Below are positions 9,139-18,694 of a stretch of 64,000 nt of DNA, one piece after another (the stretch's first letter is position 1; the number at the start of each line of letters is the position of its first letter). The notes beneath the pieces were generated by a model. It searched no databases. It worked only from the letters and a program-made list of their open reading frames with translations, and was not told the origin of the DNA. The DNA comes from Escherichia phage vB_EcoS_ESCO30. The stretch is from the sequence record NC_106513.1; one strand, written 5' to 3'. A program made the translations under genes and the position numbers.

Positions 9139-9218
9139 TAGTTGATTTATTATTGCCCGCTGATAAATAGCGGGCAATGCTGAATTAATCTAATCCCTTA
9201 AATGGAGAACGTAACAAA

Positions 9219-9953
9219 ATGAATCAAGTTAAAATGAATATTACCCGTAATTTCCCGCATATTTCCCGCGTCATGATTTGGGATCTGGACGGCACTATCA
9301 TTAATTCGTTTCATCGTGTAGCGCCTTGCTTTGATAGCGAGGGCAATTTAGATTTAAATAAGTATAAAAATGAAGCCTGCAAACATGATTTAATAATGCA
9401 AGATACACTATTGCCCCTTGTTACATATATGCGCCAGTGCATGAATGACGCAAATACTTTAAACATTATTTGCACCGCTCGACTAATGAGCAAGTCGGAC
9501 TATTATTATTTGCGTAAACAAGGGTTGCGCGGTCGTGGTGATAGTAATATCCGCGTGTTTTCCCGCGATACACTACACAAATATTTTGAGGCTGATAAAG
9601 TTAGCGAGATATACCACAGCAAAGACGCAGTTTATAAAAGTTACTATTTTGGGTTATTCAAACAATTATATCCGAACGCTGATTTTACGATGATTGATGA
9701 TCATAAAGGCGTGCTATCAGCGGCGGCATCATACGGATTTAAAACGCTGGACGCGCAAGCCGTTAACGATATTCTATCAATCGGTGTCACATTGATAGGT
9801 GAAACCTTTATTGATGAATCTCTTGAGGATGATAATGATTATCAGTTCCTAGCCGACCGCCTGCAATTATGTTGGGAAGGTATGACCGAGGAGGAACGCG
9901 CGGAATATAGTTGCAGCCCGCAACAATATATTGAGAAATTAAAAGTTGCGTAA
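9219..9953 (+). CDS. dmp: HAD-family 5'-deoxyribonucleotidase (Dmp-like, 244 aa)
   Basis: N-terminal HAD motif MIWDLDGTIINS (DxDGT); pre-early position as in T5. Confidence 0.65.
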   Translation: MNQVKMNITRNFPHISRVMIWDLDGTIINSFHRVAPCFDSEGNLDLNKYKNEACKHDLIMQDTLLPLVTYMRQCMNDANTLNIICTARLMSKSDYYYLRKQGLRGRGDSNIRVFSRDTLHKYFEADKVSEIYHSKDAVYKSYYFGLFKQLYPNADFTMIDDHKGVLSAAASYGFKTLDAQAVNDILSIGVTLIGETFIDESLEDDNDYQFLADRLQLCWEGMTEEERAEYSCSPQQYIEKLKVA

Positions 9954-9970
9954 TAATTAAAGTTGAAATT

Positions 9971-10007
9971 GTTTCACCCTGCAATTAAAATGGTTGCAGG
10001 GTGAAAC
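9971..10007. terminator. Strong 14-bp-stem hairpin GTTTCACCCTGCAA...TTGCAGGGTGAAAC between convergent genes
   Basis: Perfect inverted repeat read directly; lies between dmp (+) and the minus-strand peptide operon. Confidence 0.6.
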
Positions 10008-10117
10008 AGTTAGCATGGTAATAGTAACGGGGGTGGCGGTTAGCAGACTAAGTATTTTCGCCGGAGGCAGTGAGCACACCTTCATGTGTAATCTTATGAA
10101 ATTTCGAGATTTCCCAA

Positions 10118-10363
10118 TTAGCGCATAGAATGGTCGTCAAACCTGTGTTCTGGTCTGAACTCACGGAATCTCTTCCGCGACGCCCGAGATCCATCCGACC
10201 ACTCCCGCTCAAACTCCGCACGTTTCTCGTCAAACTTCCGCTCCCTTTCCGCAATCTCCCGCGATACTTCCGCAGTATACTTACGATGCTTGTTAATAGC
10301 CGCAGTCATTCCGAAAACTCCCGCGAGTACCCCGATAATAAAAGCAACTATAATACTAAACAT
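10118..10363 (-). CDS. Small single-pass membrane protein with charged C-terminal tail (81 aa)
   Basis: N-terminal hydrophobic helix MFSIIVAFIIGVLAGVFG; GAGAGGG SD; last gene of the coupled array. Confidence 0.5.
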   Translation of the reverse strand: MFSIIVAFIIGVLAGVFGMTAAINKHRKYTAEVSREIAERERKFDEKRAEFEREWSDGSRASRKRFREFRPEHRFDDHSMR

Positions 10364-10547
10364 CTAATTCCCTCTCAATTTGCAGAATACGGGTGCTATC
10401 ACAACGTTGCAGTAGTACTAGCTTTTCTAGAATAACTTGTTGTTGTTTCACCTGAGCCTCTAGAGTTTTTAGGCGGAGATACACGATACGAGAGACAATG
10501 AGGATTACCCAGACTAATATTACTATTAGTGTAACTGTCACTTCCAT
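10356..10547 (-). CDS. Small membrane peptide (63 aa), member of tandem family
   Basis: MEVTVTLIVILVWVILIV TM segment; start overlaps upstream stop (TAATG). Confidence 0.5.
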   Translation of the reverse strand: MEVTVTLIVILVWVILIVSRIVYLRLKTLEAQVKQQQVILEKLVLLQRCDSTRILQIERELDV

Positions 10548-10654
10548 TATTTACGTTTCTCCGATAGTAAGGTTTCGATTCTAGCTAAGTGATTATCTAA
10601 GATACATTGCCCAATAATCACAATCCCCAGTAGTGCAATAATTACCCATTCCAT
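10547..10654 (-). CDS. Small membrane peptide (35 aa, MEWVIIALLGIVIIGQCILDNHLARIETLLSEKRK)
   Basis: Hand-translated; TAATG coupling at both ends; paralog of 10654-10809. Confidence 0.4.
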   Translation of the reverse strand: MEWVIIALLGIVIIGQCILDNHLARIETLLSEKRK

Positions 10655-10809
10655 TATTTACGATCCTCTAATAAAGTTTCAATTCTAGATAATCTATTGC
10701 TCAACTGCATTAATTTAATTTCTGTTTGGGTTACAGAGGTATCTATTACACGTAAGCCTACAAAGAGAAGTACCAATAAGACGAATATGCCAATAATTAC
10801 CCATTCCAT
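10654..10809 (-). CDS. Small membrane peptide (51 aa, MEWVIIGIFVLLVLLFVGL...RIETLLEDRK)
   Basis: Internal ATG of track ORF 10654-10839; shares MEWVII start and RIETLL C-terminal motif with neighbour. Confidence 0.5.
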   Translation of the reverse strand: MEWVIIGIFVLLVLLFVGLRVIDTSVTQTEIKLMQLSNRLSRIETLLEDRK

Positions 10810-10937
10810 TAGATCCACCCCGCCATAGCTGCTAACCAAAAACCTACGAAGATTAGGAATAATACAAAACCAAATCCGTAAATGTTAACCCACGCTTCGT
10901 ACACTTCTCCGCGTCTGTTCTTTCTTTTGTTTGACAT
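10809..10937 (-). CDS. Small peptide (42 aa) with basic N-terminus and hydrophobic C-terminus
   Basis: Hand-translated (MSNKRKNRRGEVYEAWVNIYGFGFVLFLIFVGFWLAAMAGWI); stop overlaps next start. Confidence 0.35.
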   Translation of the reverse strand: MSNKRKNRRGEVYEAWVNIYGFGFVLFLIFVGFWLAAMAGWI

Positions 10938-11114
10938 ATCTTTCGTGCCCCCGTAAATGCGGTATTTTAAAATATTTTATAATTTGTGCATAACCAACCA
11001 TGCTCGTGACTTCCTAGAAGGGCTTCTCATTTTCTTGCATAGTGTTTTATGCCAGTACACCATCCAAGAAATAAAAAATTTAGTTTACTTGGATGTCTTT
11101 TTGTTTTATACTAA

Positions 11115-11381
11115 TTACAAGTAATTAGATTGTTCTAGTTTAAATTTACAATCACCATATTTAAGGTCAAACTGACTGAGATCCCACCATCCAAACTTAG
11201 TACGGAGCTGTACTACTGGAAAGCGATCTCCCTTAATACGAACTTTTTGAACCTTGAGACCGTAATGTTCTTCTCCCGCACCACCAAAAGATTTTACAAA
11301 TCCCGTGCAAAATGGTTTGGGAGCAGGTGCACAACCAGATAACATAACTGCGGCAACTAGTGCAATCACAAACTTTTTCAT
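11115..11381 (-). CDS. llp: Llp-like lytic-conversion lipoprotein (88 aa precursor)
   Basis: Signal peptide with lipobox LSGC; divergent from adjacent receptor-binding protein gene; own early-type promoter. Confidence 0.6.
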   Translation of the reverse strand: MKKFVIALVAAVMLSGCAPAPKPFCTGFVKSFGGAGEEHYGLKVQKVRIKGDRFPVVQLRTKFGWWDLSQFDLKYGDCKFKLEQSNYL

Positions 11382-11412
11382 ATTTATCTCTCCATTTCTA
11401 ATTTATGAATCT

Positions 11413-11441
11413 ATTATAGCAAAATAGAGGGATGAAAGCAA
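11413..11441 (-). promoter_or_regulatory. Sigma70 promoter TTGCTT-17-TATAAT upstream of llp
   Basis: Reverse complement of 11436-11441 gives -35 TTGCTT, of 11413-11418 gives -10 TATAAT, 17-nt spacer. Confidence 0.65.
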
Positions 11442-11466
11442 ATACATTTTTATAATAGGAGATTAT

Positions 11467-13254
11467 ATGGGTTTTTTCGCTGGAAAATATAGTGATGGTA
11501 AAACTGTATTATCGCTAAACAAAGTGAATGGTGGGGATATTAATGCCCACAAAACTCCTAATGCCAATACTATATTTCACTCTGATATGCCATTTGTTCT
11601 AGTTGAGAGTACTTATGAAAGTGCATTAAGTAGCGCTGGGAATGGTTTCTACGTATGCCAGATGCCTTCTGTGATAGCTAACCTAAAGAGTAATGATCCT
11701 GGTAGGGTTATACTAACCGCTGTTGAGATAAATGGTACGCATAGAGCTTTTCTTAATGGTACTCAATCCCAGGTTGGACAATTTCTTGCATTTTTTGAAG
11801 ATCCCCCTATTGGTAGGGCGGGTGCTGAATTAGGTCTTACGTCAGCTTTTGCATCTGGTAACAGTTTAGCACATGGTACTTATACTTATAACTCTAGTCT
11901 AGGACATGAAGAGTCAATAGCTAGACAAGGTACTGGTGGTACTATATCACAGGCTTCTGGGTTTAACTTATACAGACCTGGCGGGGCATATGCCGGTGAA
12001 GCCATAGGTAGAGCGTGGACTTTAGCAGGATTTCCAGCCGGAGCATCTAAAGTATCAATAAATAGTGGTAATGTTGACTTCTGGCACCCTAATTGGCAGG
12101 CTCCTATAGGGGCGGGAAAAAGAGGTCATAATTGGTTTTATGTTTGTAACTCCAATATACGTGGATATGCTGGTAAAAAGGGTACTACGCCAAGTAATGT
12201 TAGTGTATTATATAATTCTTCAACCTATCCAGATAAGGTTTATGTATGTAGAGGCTCGACATCTAATTTAGCATCACAGGCAGCAAAGAAGAAGTATGTT
12301 CAAGATAGTTATAATATTACTCCGACCAAGGTTATTTGGTATGTGCTGAATCTTAGATACTCTAACGGTGGTATGAGCGTTGCTAGTAATCCTTTTACTG
12401 GGTCTGATATTCGTATAAGCCCCTCTAACTTTACTATAAAAGGTGTTAGTCTTCCAAATACTAGTTACAAATTCATTAATCAGAATGCCTTTGGTAACTT
12501 ATCATCTAGACCTGATATGGAGTACATTGGTAATAACGTTGCTTATACCGGAGTCTTTGGAGACACTACAGCAAGATGCGAAATTGTAGGTTCTAATAAA
12601 GGCTCTTTATGGTCCCCTGTAAGTTACGGAGGTTCTAAGTCTCAGATAAGTATTTACAAATTCTCTGCTGGTAAACAATGGTATGTTAATTCCAATAATA
12701 ATACTATAGGTAATGAGCATGGGGTTGTTTGGGGACCTTCTTCAGTACCGTTACGATTACTACCAAATAACGTAGCTAGTACTTACATAGGTGATGACAT
12801 AAACCCTTCTTATCCAGGTACAGGGAATAAGTACGTAGCCCTATCTACAGTAGGTCTTGGATTACCTAATGCAAACTCTACAGTAATTCTAACTACTGAA
12901 GTAGTTGCCGGAAATCTTAATACAGCAGGAGGTCCTATACGAACATATGGTGGTACTGCGTGGCAGGTGCAAGGTAGAAGACAACAAAGTTATACCGGTG
13001 GTGATGGGGTATTCCATCAAATATTAACTTTACCCCCTAATCAGTTGGTGCCCTTCCATACTACAGCTTCTTATAGCTATACACAGCAGTGGGCTAGTCG
13101 ACCTGATGATTTAACATTTACTAGAAGTGGATTTATTTACACTATTAAAAATCTGGGTAACGGTAATGCTGAGTTAGGTGTAGTTATACATGCAAATGAA
13201 TCCGCTGCAGTTTTCTTACCGAGATTACGAGTAACAGTTCAACGCCTTACCTAA
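11467..13254 (+). CDS. Putative receptor-binding tail protein (pb5/Oad-like, 595 aa)
   Basis: Gly/Ser/Asn/Thr/Tyr-rich; sits divergently beside llp as in T5; no catalytic motif seen. Confidence 0.55.
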   Translation: MGFFAGKYSDGKTVLSLNKVNGGDINAHKTPNANTIFHSDMPFVLVESTYESALSSAGNGFYVCQMPSVIANLKSNDPGRVILTAVEINGTHRAFLNGTQSQVGQFLAFFEDPPIGRAGAELGLTSAFASGNSLAHGTYTYNSSLGHEESIARQGTGGTISQASGFNLYRPGGAYAGEAIGRAWTLAGFPAGASKVSINSGNVDFWHPNWQAPIGAGKRGHNWFYVCNSNIRGYAGKKGTTPSNVSVLYNSSTYPDKVYVCRGSTSNLASQAAKKKYVQDSYNITPTKVIWYVLNLRYSNGGMSVASNPFTGSDIRISPSNFTIKGVSLPNTSYKFINQNAFGNLSSRPDMEYIGNNVAYTGVFGDTTARCEIVGSNKGSLWSPVSYGGSKSQISIYKFSAGKQWYVNSNNNTIGNEHGVVWGPSSVPLRLLPNNVASTYIGDDINPSYPGTGNKYVALSTVGLGLPNANSTVILTTEVVAGNLNTAGGPIRTYGGTAWQVQGRRQQSYTGGDGVFHQILTLPPNQLVPFHTTASYSYTQQWASRPDDLTFTRSGFIYTIKNLGNGNAELGVVIHANESAAVFLPRLRVTVQRLT

Positions 13255-13264
13255 AGGAGGAAAT

Positions 13265-13747
13265 ATGGCAAATGATGTATTAGTACCAGATCTTATGTCC
13301 CCTGAAGGGATGGATGTGATTGAAGCTTATTTACAGTGCGGCAGCGATGTGCCTTCTGCCGCACGTAGTCTTGGAATGTCCGAAATTGCTTTCCGAGATA
13401 TTATGAATCGTAGTGAAGTTAAGAACTACTTAAACGATATTTTTATGGAGAGTGGATTCCGTAACAGAGATCGTTTGTTCGGTGTTCTAGATGAAGTTAT
13501 TAAACGTAAGCTAGAAGAGCTAGAAGAAACTGGCATGGGTTCTGACCAGGATATTATGGATATTCTATGGAAGGCACACAAAATGAAGATGGAAGAAATG
13601 AAAATGATGGTAGAGTTAGAAAAAGCTAAAGCTGCCGTTCGAGCTCCTGCTAATCAGACCAATATCCAGAATAACATTATTGCTGGAGCTGGGGATCAAA
13701 ACTACATGGACTTAATCACTTCCCTAGCTACTGGAGGTAAAAAGTAA
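13265..13747 (+). CDS. Terminase small subunit (160 aa)
   Basis: AGGAGG SD; HTH-like [19 protein letters not shown]; stop overlaps terminase large start. Confidence 0.55.
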   Translation: MANDVLVPDLMSPEGMDVIEAYLQCGSDVPSAARSLGMSEIAFRDIMNRSEVKNYLNDIFMESGFRNRDRLFGVLDEVIKRKLEELEETGMGSDQDIMDILWKAHKMKMEEMKMMVELEKAKAAVRAPANQTNIQNNIIAGAGDQNYMDLITSLATGGKK

Positions 13748-15063
13748 TGGAAGTATCAAGACCCTACGTTAACACAGTAGATGTTATTGATTTCGGAATA
13801 GACAAACGTTTCTTCCGTCTACCTGTTTCTGGAATACTAGCACAAGAGGGTATTACACCTAATGGCCCTCAAATAGCAATTATCAATGCCCTAGAAGACC
13901 CTAGACATCGTTTTGTAACGGCGTGTGTATCACGCCGTGTAGGTAAATCTTTTATAGCATACACACTTGGGTTCCTAAAATTGCTGGAACCTAATGTGAA
14001 GGTACTAGTAGTTGCCCCTAACTACTCACTGGCCAATATCGGATGGTCTCAGATTCGTGGTCTTATTAAGAAGTATGGCCTGCAAACCGAACGTGAAAAC
14101 GCTAAAGATAAAGAGATTGAGTTAGCTAATGGTTCTCTATTTAAACTAGCTTCTGCGGCTCAGGCTGACTCCGCAGTTGGACGTTCATATGATTTTATCA
14201 TCTTTGATGAGGCGGCAATTTCTGATGTGGGTGGTGATGCCTTCAGGGTTCAGCTGCGTCCTACCCTAGATAAACCTAATTCTAAGGCTCTATTTATTTC
14301 CACCCCTCGTGGAGGTAACTGGTTTAAAGAGTTTTACGCCTACGGATTTGATGATACGTTGCCTAACTGGGTATCTATTCATGGTACATATCGTGATAAC
14401 CCACGTGCTGACTTGAATGATATTGAGGAAGCACGCCGTACAGTTAGTAAAAACTACTTCCGCCAAGAATACGAGGCTGACTTCTCCGTATTCGAAGGCC
14501 AGATCTTTGATACCTTTAATGCTATCGATCATGTTAAAGACCTCAAAGGTATGCGTCACTTCTTTAAAGATGATGAAGCATTCGAAACGTTGCTCGGTAT
14601 TGACGTTGGTTATCGTGATCCTACAGCAGTTCTTACTATTAAATATCATTACGATACGGATACCTACTATGTGTTAGAAGAATACCAGCAGGCGGAAAAA
14701 ACTACAGCTCAGCATGCTGCTTATATTCAGCACTGTATAGATCGTTATAAAGTTGATCGTATTTTTGTTGACTCTGCGGCAGCTCAGTTCCGCCAGGACT
14801 TAGCTTATGAGCATGAAATCGCATCGGCTCCAGCTAAAAAATCTGTCCTGGATGGTCTAGCATGTTTGCAAGCGTTATTCCAGCAGGGCAAGATTATTGT
14901 AGATGCTTCATGTTCCTCATTAATCCATGCATTGCAGAACTATAAGTGGGATTTCCAAGAAGGTGAAGAGAAATTATCGCGTGAAAAACCACGTCATGAT
15001 GCTAACTCTCACCTTTGTGATGCGCTGCGCTATGGAATTTACTCTATTTCCCGTGGTAAATAA
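13747..15063 (+). CDS. Terminase large subunit (438 aa)
   Basis: Walker A-like RRVGKS, Walker B-like IIFDEAAI, C-terminal nuclease-like region. Confidence 0.8.
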   Translation: MEVSRPYVNTVDVIDFGIDKRFFRLPVSGILAQEGITPNGPQIAIINALEDPRHRFVTACVSRRVGKSFIAYTLGFLKLLEPNVKVLVVAPNYSLANIGWSQIRGLIKKYGLQTERENAKDKEIELANGSLFKLASAAQADSAVGRSYDFIIFDEAAISDVGGDAFRVQLRPTLDKPNSKALFISTPRGGNWFKEFYAYGFDDTLPNWVSIHGTYRDNPRADLNDIEEARRTVSKNYFRQEYEADFSVFEGQIFDTFNAIDHVKDLKGMRHFFKDDEAFETLLGIDVGYRDPTAVLTIKYHYDTDTYYVLEEYQQAEKTTAQHAAYIQHCIDRYKVDRIFVDSAAAQFRQDLAYEHEIASAPAKKSVLDGLACLQALFQQGKIIVDASCSSLIHALQNYKWDFQEGEEKLSREKPRHDANSHLCDALRYGIYSISRGK

Positions 15064-15234
15064 ATAAGTATAGGATGGGATACTACTCAGTTGGTATCCC
15101 ATTCCTGCATTTTAAAATCCCCTTTACAAATTCGATACGATTATGTATACTATATTCATTGATCGGGAGAACTTCTCCCATAATAGAACGTAAACAAGAA
15201 AAATTAATGCTCTACATGAGGTGTAGGAGATTCT

Positions 15235-15915
15235 ATGGGTCGACAAAAGCTAACAATAAAAGATATAAATATTAGATTAGCTGATCGTGGAATCCAAATT
15301 GTCGGTGAATATGTAAACCAACGTACAAAAACAGTATTTAAATGCCAGAGAGCACACGTTTGGGAAGCAACACCACATTCTATACTCCATATGAGGAGAG
15401 GTTGTCCACACTGCTCCAATAATACAATATCGTTAGATGAAGTTAGTAACAGAATATCTAGTATAGGATATACTCTGTTAAGCAGCTATACTAATGCTAA
15501 AACAAAATTACATCTACGCTGCAATAACGGGCATGACTGTTTCATTACCTTAGATGGATTGACTCAAGGTAAAAGATGTCCTTATTGCTCTCTTAAGTGG
15601 GAGAATGGCGGATTCCTCTATATCATGTCCTCCTCTAGCGGTACTAAAGTAGGCATAAGCTTATACCCTGAGAAACGGTTGAATGAAGTTAAAAGAGAAT
15701 CTGGATTTTCTGACCTGTACTTGTTCACCATGTATCATCTACCTGATAGAGAGACTGCTTTAGATTTAGAAAAGGAAGTTCACAGAGAATATTATAATAA
15801 AAACTGTGGGTTTTCTAATTTTACAGGAAGCACGGAATTTTTTAATGTTGCTCCTGAGGATATAGTAATCTTTCTAAGTAGCTTTGGATTGGAGGATTAT
15901 GGCCACCAATACTAA
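15235..15915 (+). CDS. T5orf172-domain protein with two N-terminal zinc-ribbon repeats (226 aa)
   Basis: Repeats KCQRAHVWE...GCPHCS and RCNNGH...KRCPYCS; C-terminal GFLYIMSS...KVGIS resembles T5orf172/GIY-YIG-like fold. Confidence 0.55.
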   Translation: MGRQKLTIKDINIRLADRGIQIVGEYVNQRTKTVFKCQRAHVWEATPHSILHMRRGCPHCSNNTISLDEVSNRISSIGYTLLSSYTNAKTKLHLRCNNGHDCFITLDGLTQGKRCPYCSLKWENGGFLYIMSSSSGTKVGISLYPEKRLNEVKRESGFSDLYLFTMYHLPDRETALDLEKEVHREYYNKNCGFSNFTGSTEFFNVAPEDIVIFLSSFGLEDYGHQY

Positions 15916-16336
15916 ATATAAACGTGATGCTATTTCCATAATGAGAGATGGTATAAAATCTAGGTATAGTAAGGATGGTTGCTGTGCTATATGTGGTAGT
16001 AGTGAAGACCTAGAACTTCATCACTATCATACTATATCTCAGCTAATAAAAAAATTTGCTAAAGAACTCCAGCTGGATTTCACTGATGAGAATATCGTCC
16101 TTTCAAATAGGGAAGCATTCTACAAGAAATATGAGCATGAGTTAGTTAGGGACGTGGTAACATTGTGCCAGCACCATCACCAATTATTACATAAGGTTTA
16201 CACAAAAGAACCTCCTTTATTTTCTGCTAATAAGCAAAAAGTGTGGGTTCAAAAGCAGAAAGACAAATTACAGAATCCTCAAGAAAAGACACAAGTCAAG
16301 ACTGAAACAAAATCAGGATTCGCAAGGTTCTTATAA
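15899..16336 (+). CDS. HNH endonuclease (about 145 aa)
   Basis: CCAICG...LELHHYH...CQHHHQLLH; start re-picked at ATG 15899 after GGAGG. Confidence 0.6.
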   Translation: MATNTKYKRDAISIMRDGIKSRYSKDGCCAICGSSEDLELHHYHTISQLIKKFAKELQLDFTDENIVLSNREAFYKKYEHELVRDVVTLCQHHHQLLHKVYTKEPPLFSANKQKVWVQKQKDKLQNPQEKTQVKTETKSGFARFL

Positions 16337-17553
16337 TGGGTTTTAAAAGCTGGATTACTGAAAAGCTAAATCCGGGTCAACGTATTATAAGAGACATGGA
16401 ACCAGTTAGTCATCGCACTAACCGTAAGCCTTTTACCACTGGACAAGCCTACAGTAAAATTGAGATTCTCAATAGAACTGCTAATATGGTTATAGATAGT
16501 GCGGCGGAGTGTTCTTATACTGTCGGAGATAAATATAATATTGTCACGTATGCCAATGGCATCAAGGCAAAGACTCTAGACACTCTCTTAAATGTACGAC
16601 CTAATCCATTCATGGATATAAGCACATTCCGTAGACTTGTAGTCACTGACCTACTTTTTGAAGGTTGTGCATACATCTATTGGGATGGCACAGCACTTTA
16701 TCATGTCCCTGCTGCATTAATGCAAGTAGAGGCAGATGCCAATAAGTTTATCAAAAAATTTATATTTAATAACCAGATAGACTATCGCGTAGATGAGATT
16801 ATCTTTATAAAGGATAACAGTTACGTGTGTGGCACAAATTCTCAAATTTCTGGACAATCTCGTGTTGCTACTGTTATTGATTCTCTCGAGAAGCGTTCTA
16901 AAATGCTTAACTTTAAAGAGAAGTTCCTCGATAACGGAACCGTGATTGGTCTTATTCTTGAGACGGATGAAATCCTGAACAAGAAATTGCGTGAGCGTAA
17001 ACAAGAAGAATTACAACTCGATTATAATCCTAGTACTGGTCAGTCTTCTGTCCTGATTCTAGATGGTGGTATGAAAGCTAAACCGTACTCCCAAATATCC
17101 TCTTTTAAAGATCTAGACTTTAAGGAAGACATCGAAGGATTTAATAAATCTATTTGTCTAGCCTTTGGAGTTCCGCAAGTACTGCTTGATGGTGGTAATA
17201 ATGCGAATATTCGACCAAACATCGAATTGTTCTATTATATGACTATCATTCCTATGCTGAACAAACTGACTAGTTCTCTTACTTTCTTTTTTGGTTATAA
17301 GATTACCCCTAATACTAAGGAGGTAGCTGCATTAACACCAGATAAAGAAGCTGAGGCTAAACATTTAACCTCATTGGTTAATAATGGTATTATGACTGGT
17401 AACGAAGCTCGTTTAGAGCTGAACCTTGAACCTTTAGATGATGAGCAGATGGATAGGATTCGTATTCCTGCTAACGTTGCTGGTTCTGCAACAGGTGTAT
17501 CTGGTCAAGAAGGTGGTAGACCTCAAGGTTCCACCGAGGGAGATAAAGAATGA
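16336..17553 (+). CDS. Portal protein (405 aa)
   Basis: Position after terminase, size, start coupled to upstream stop. Confidence 0.65.
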   Translation: MGFKSWITEKLNPGQRIIRDMEPVSHRTNRKPFTTGQAYSKIEILNRTANMVIDSAAECSYTVGDKYNIVTYANGIKAKTLDTLLNVRPNPFMDISTFRRLVVTDLLFEGCAYIYWDGTALYHVPAALMQVEADANKFIKKFIFNNQIDYRVDEIIFIKDNSYVCGTNSQISGQSRVATVIDSLEKRSKMLNFKEKFLDNGTVIGLILETDEILNKKLRERKQEELQLDYNPSTGQSSVLILDGGMKAKPYSQISSFKDLDFKEDIEGFNKSICLAFGVPQVLLDGGNNANIRPNIELFYYMTIIPMLNKLTSSLTFFFGYKITPNTKEVAALTPDKEAEAKHLTSLVNNGIMTGNEARLELNLEPLDDEQMDRIRIPANVAGSATGVSGQEGGRPQGSTEGDKE

Positions 17554-18041
17554 TTGATTATAGTGGTCTAAAGACCATTTTTGGTGAAAAACTACCAGAA
17601 CCTCATATCTTCTTTGCTACGGTTGCTGCGCATAAATATGTTCCTAGCTATGCTTTTCTGCGTAGAGAACTAGGGCTTTCATCTGCGCATACTAACCGTA
17701 AGGTATGGAAGAAATTTGTAGAGGCTTATGGTAAAGCAGTTCCTCCTGCTCCACCGGCTCCACCATTAACTCTTTCTAAAGATTTAACTGCTAGCATGTC
17801 AGTTGAAGAGGGAGCAGCATTAACTCTTTCTGTTACTGCAACTGGTGGTACTGGTCCATATACTTATGCATGGACTAAAGATGGTTCTCCTATTCCTGGT
17901 GCTTCAGGGGCTACCTATACTAAGCCTACAGCAGCAGCTGAGGATTCTGGAGTCTATAAAGTAACGATAACAGATAGCAAGAAAGTTAGTAAGGATTCTA
18001 CTGCGTGTACTGTGACAGTTAACCCTGGGGTTGGAGGCTAA
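17550..18041 (+). CDS. Ig-like domain capsid decoration protein (163 aa)
   Basis: Pro/Ala linker then Ig-like segment LTLSVTATGGTGPYTYAWTKDG...GVYKVTITD. Confidence 0.55.
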   Translation: MIDYSGLKTIFGEKLPEPHIFFATVAAHKYVPSYAFLRRELGLSSAHTNRKVWKKFVEAYGKAVPPAPPAPPLTLSKDLTASMSVEEGAALTLSVTATGGTGPYTYAWTKDGSPIPGASGATYTKPTAAAEDSGVYKVTITDSKKVSKDSTACTVTVNPGVGG

Positions 18042-18044
18042 TAA

Positions 18045-18677
18045 ATGACACAAGCTGCTATTGACTATAACAAGTTAAAATCAGCACCGGTTCATTTAGA
18101 TGCTTATATTAAATCTATTGATAGCGAATCCAAAGAGGGTGTTGTAAAAATCCGTGGATTCGCTAATACAATTAGTAAAGATCGCGCTGGTGATGTAATT
18201 CCTGCTTCTGCATGGAAAACATCTAATGCACTTACTAACTACATGAAAAACCCGATTATTCTTTTCGGACACGATCATCGTCGTCCAATCGGTAAGTGTA
18301 TTGATCTTAACCCTACTGAAATGGGTCTTGAAATCGAATGTGAGATCTATGAAAGTTCCGATCCGGCTATCTTTTCACTAATTAAAAACGGTGTACTGAA
18401 AACTTTTAGTATCGGATTCCGCTGCCTAGATGCAGAGTGGGATGAAGCTACTGATATATTTATTATTAAAGATTTAGAACTATACGAAGTTTCGGTAGTT
18501 TCTGTACCTTGTAATCAGGACTCAACATTCAATCTCGCTAAGAGCATGAACGGTCATGATTACACTGAATGGCGCAAATCTTTTACTGCAATAAGTTCTA
18601 AAGCTGTCCCAGCTCAAGAACGTAATCTTTCTGAACTAGAAAAACTTGCGATAGCTTTAGGCTACGTTAAAGAATAA
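18045..18677 (+). CDS. Prohead protease (210 aa)
   Basis: GGAGG SD; position between portal and capsid; conserved His-containing segment FGHDHRRPIGK. Confidence 0.6.
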   Translation: MTQAAIDYNKLKSAPVHLDAYIKSIDSESKEGVVKIRGFANTISKDRAGDVIPASAWKTSNALTNYMKNPIILFGHDHRRPIGKCIDLNPTEMGLEIECEIYESSDPAIFSLIKNGVLKTFSIGFRCLDAEWDEATDIFIIKDLELYEVSVVSVPCNQDSTFNLAKSMNGHDYTEWRKSFTAISSKAVPAQERNLSELEKLAIALGYVKE

Positions 18678-18694
18678 CGGAGAATTATTTAAAA

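Noticed and set aside
14290-14677. ORFs 14290-14649 (-) and 14417-14677 (+) within the terminase large subunit gene
   Set aside because: Fully embedded in a well-supported gene; no start signals.
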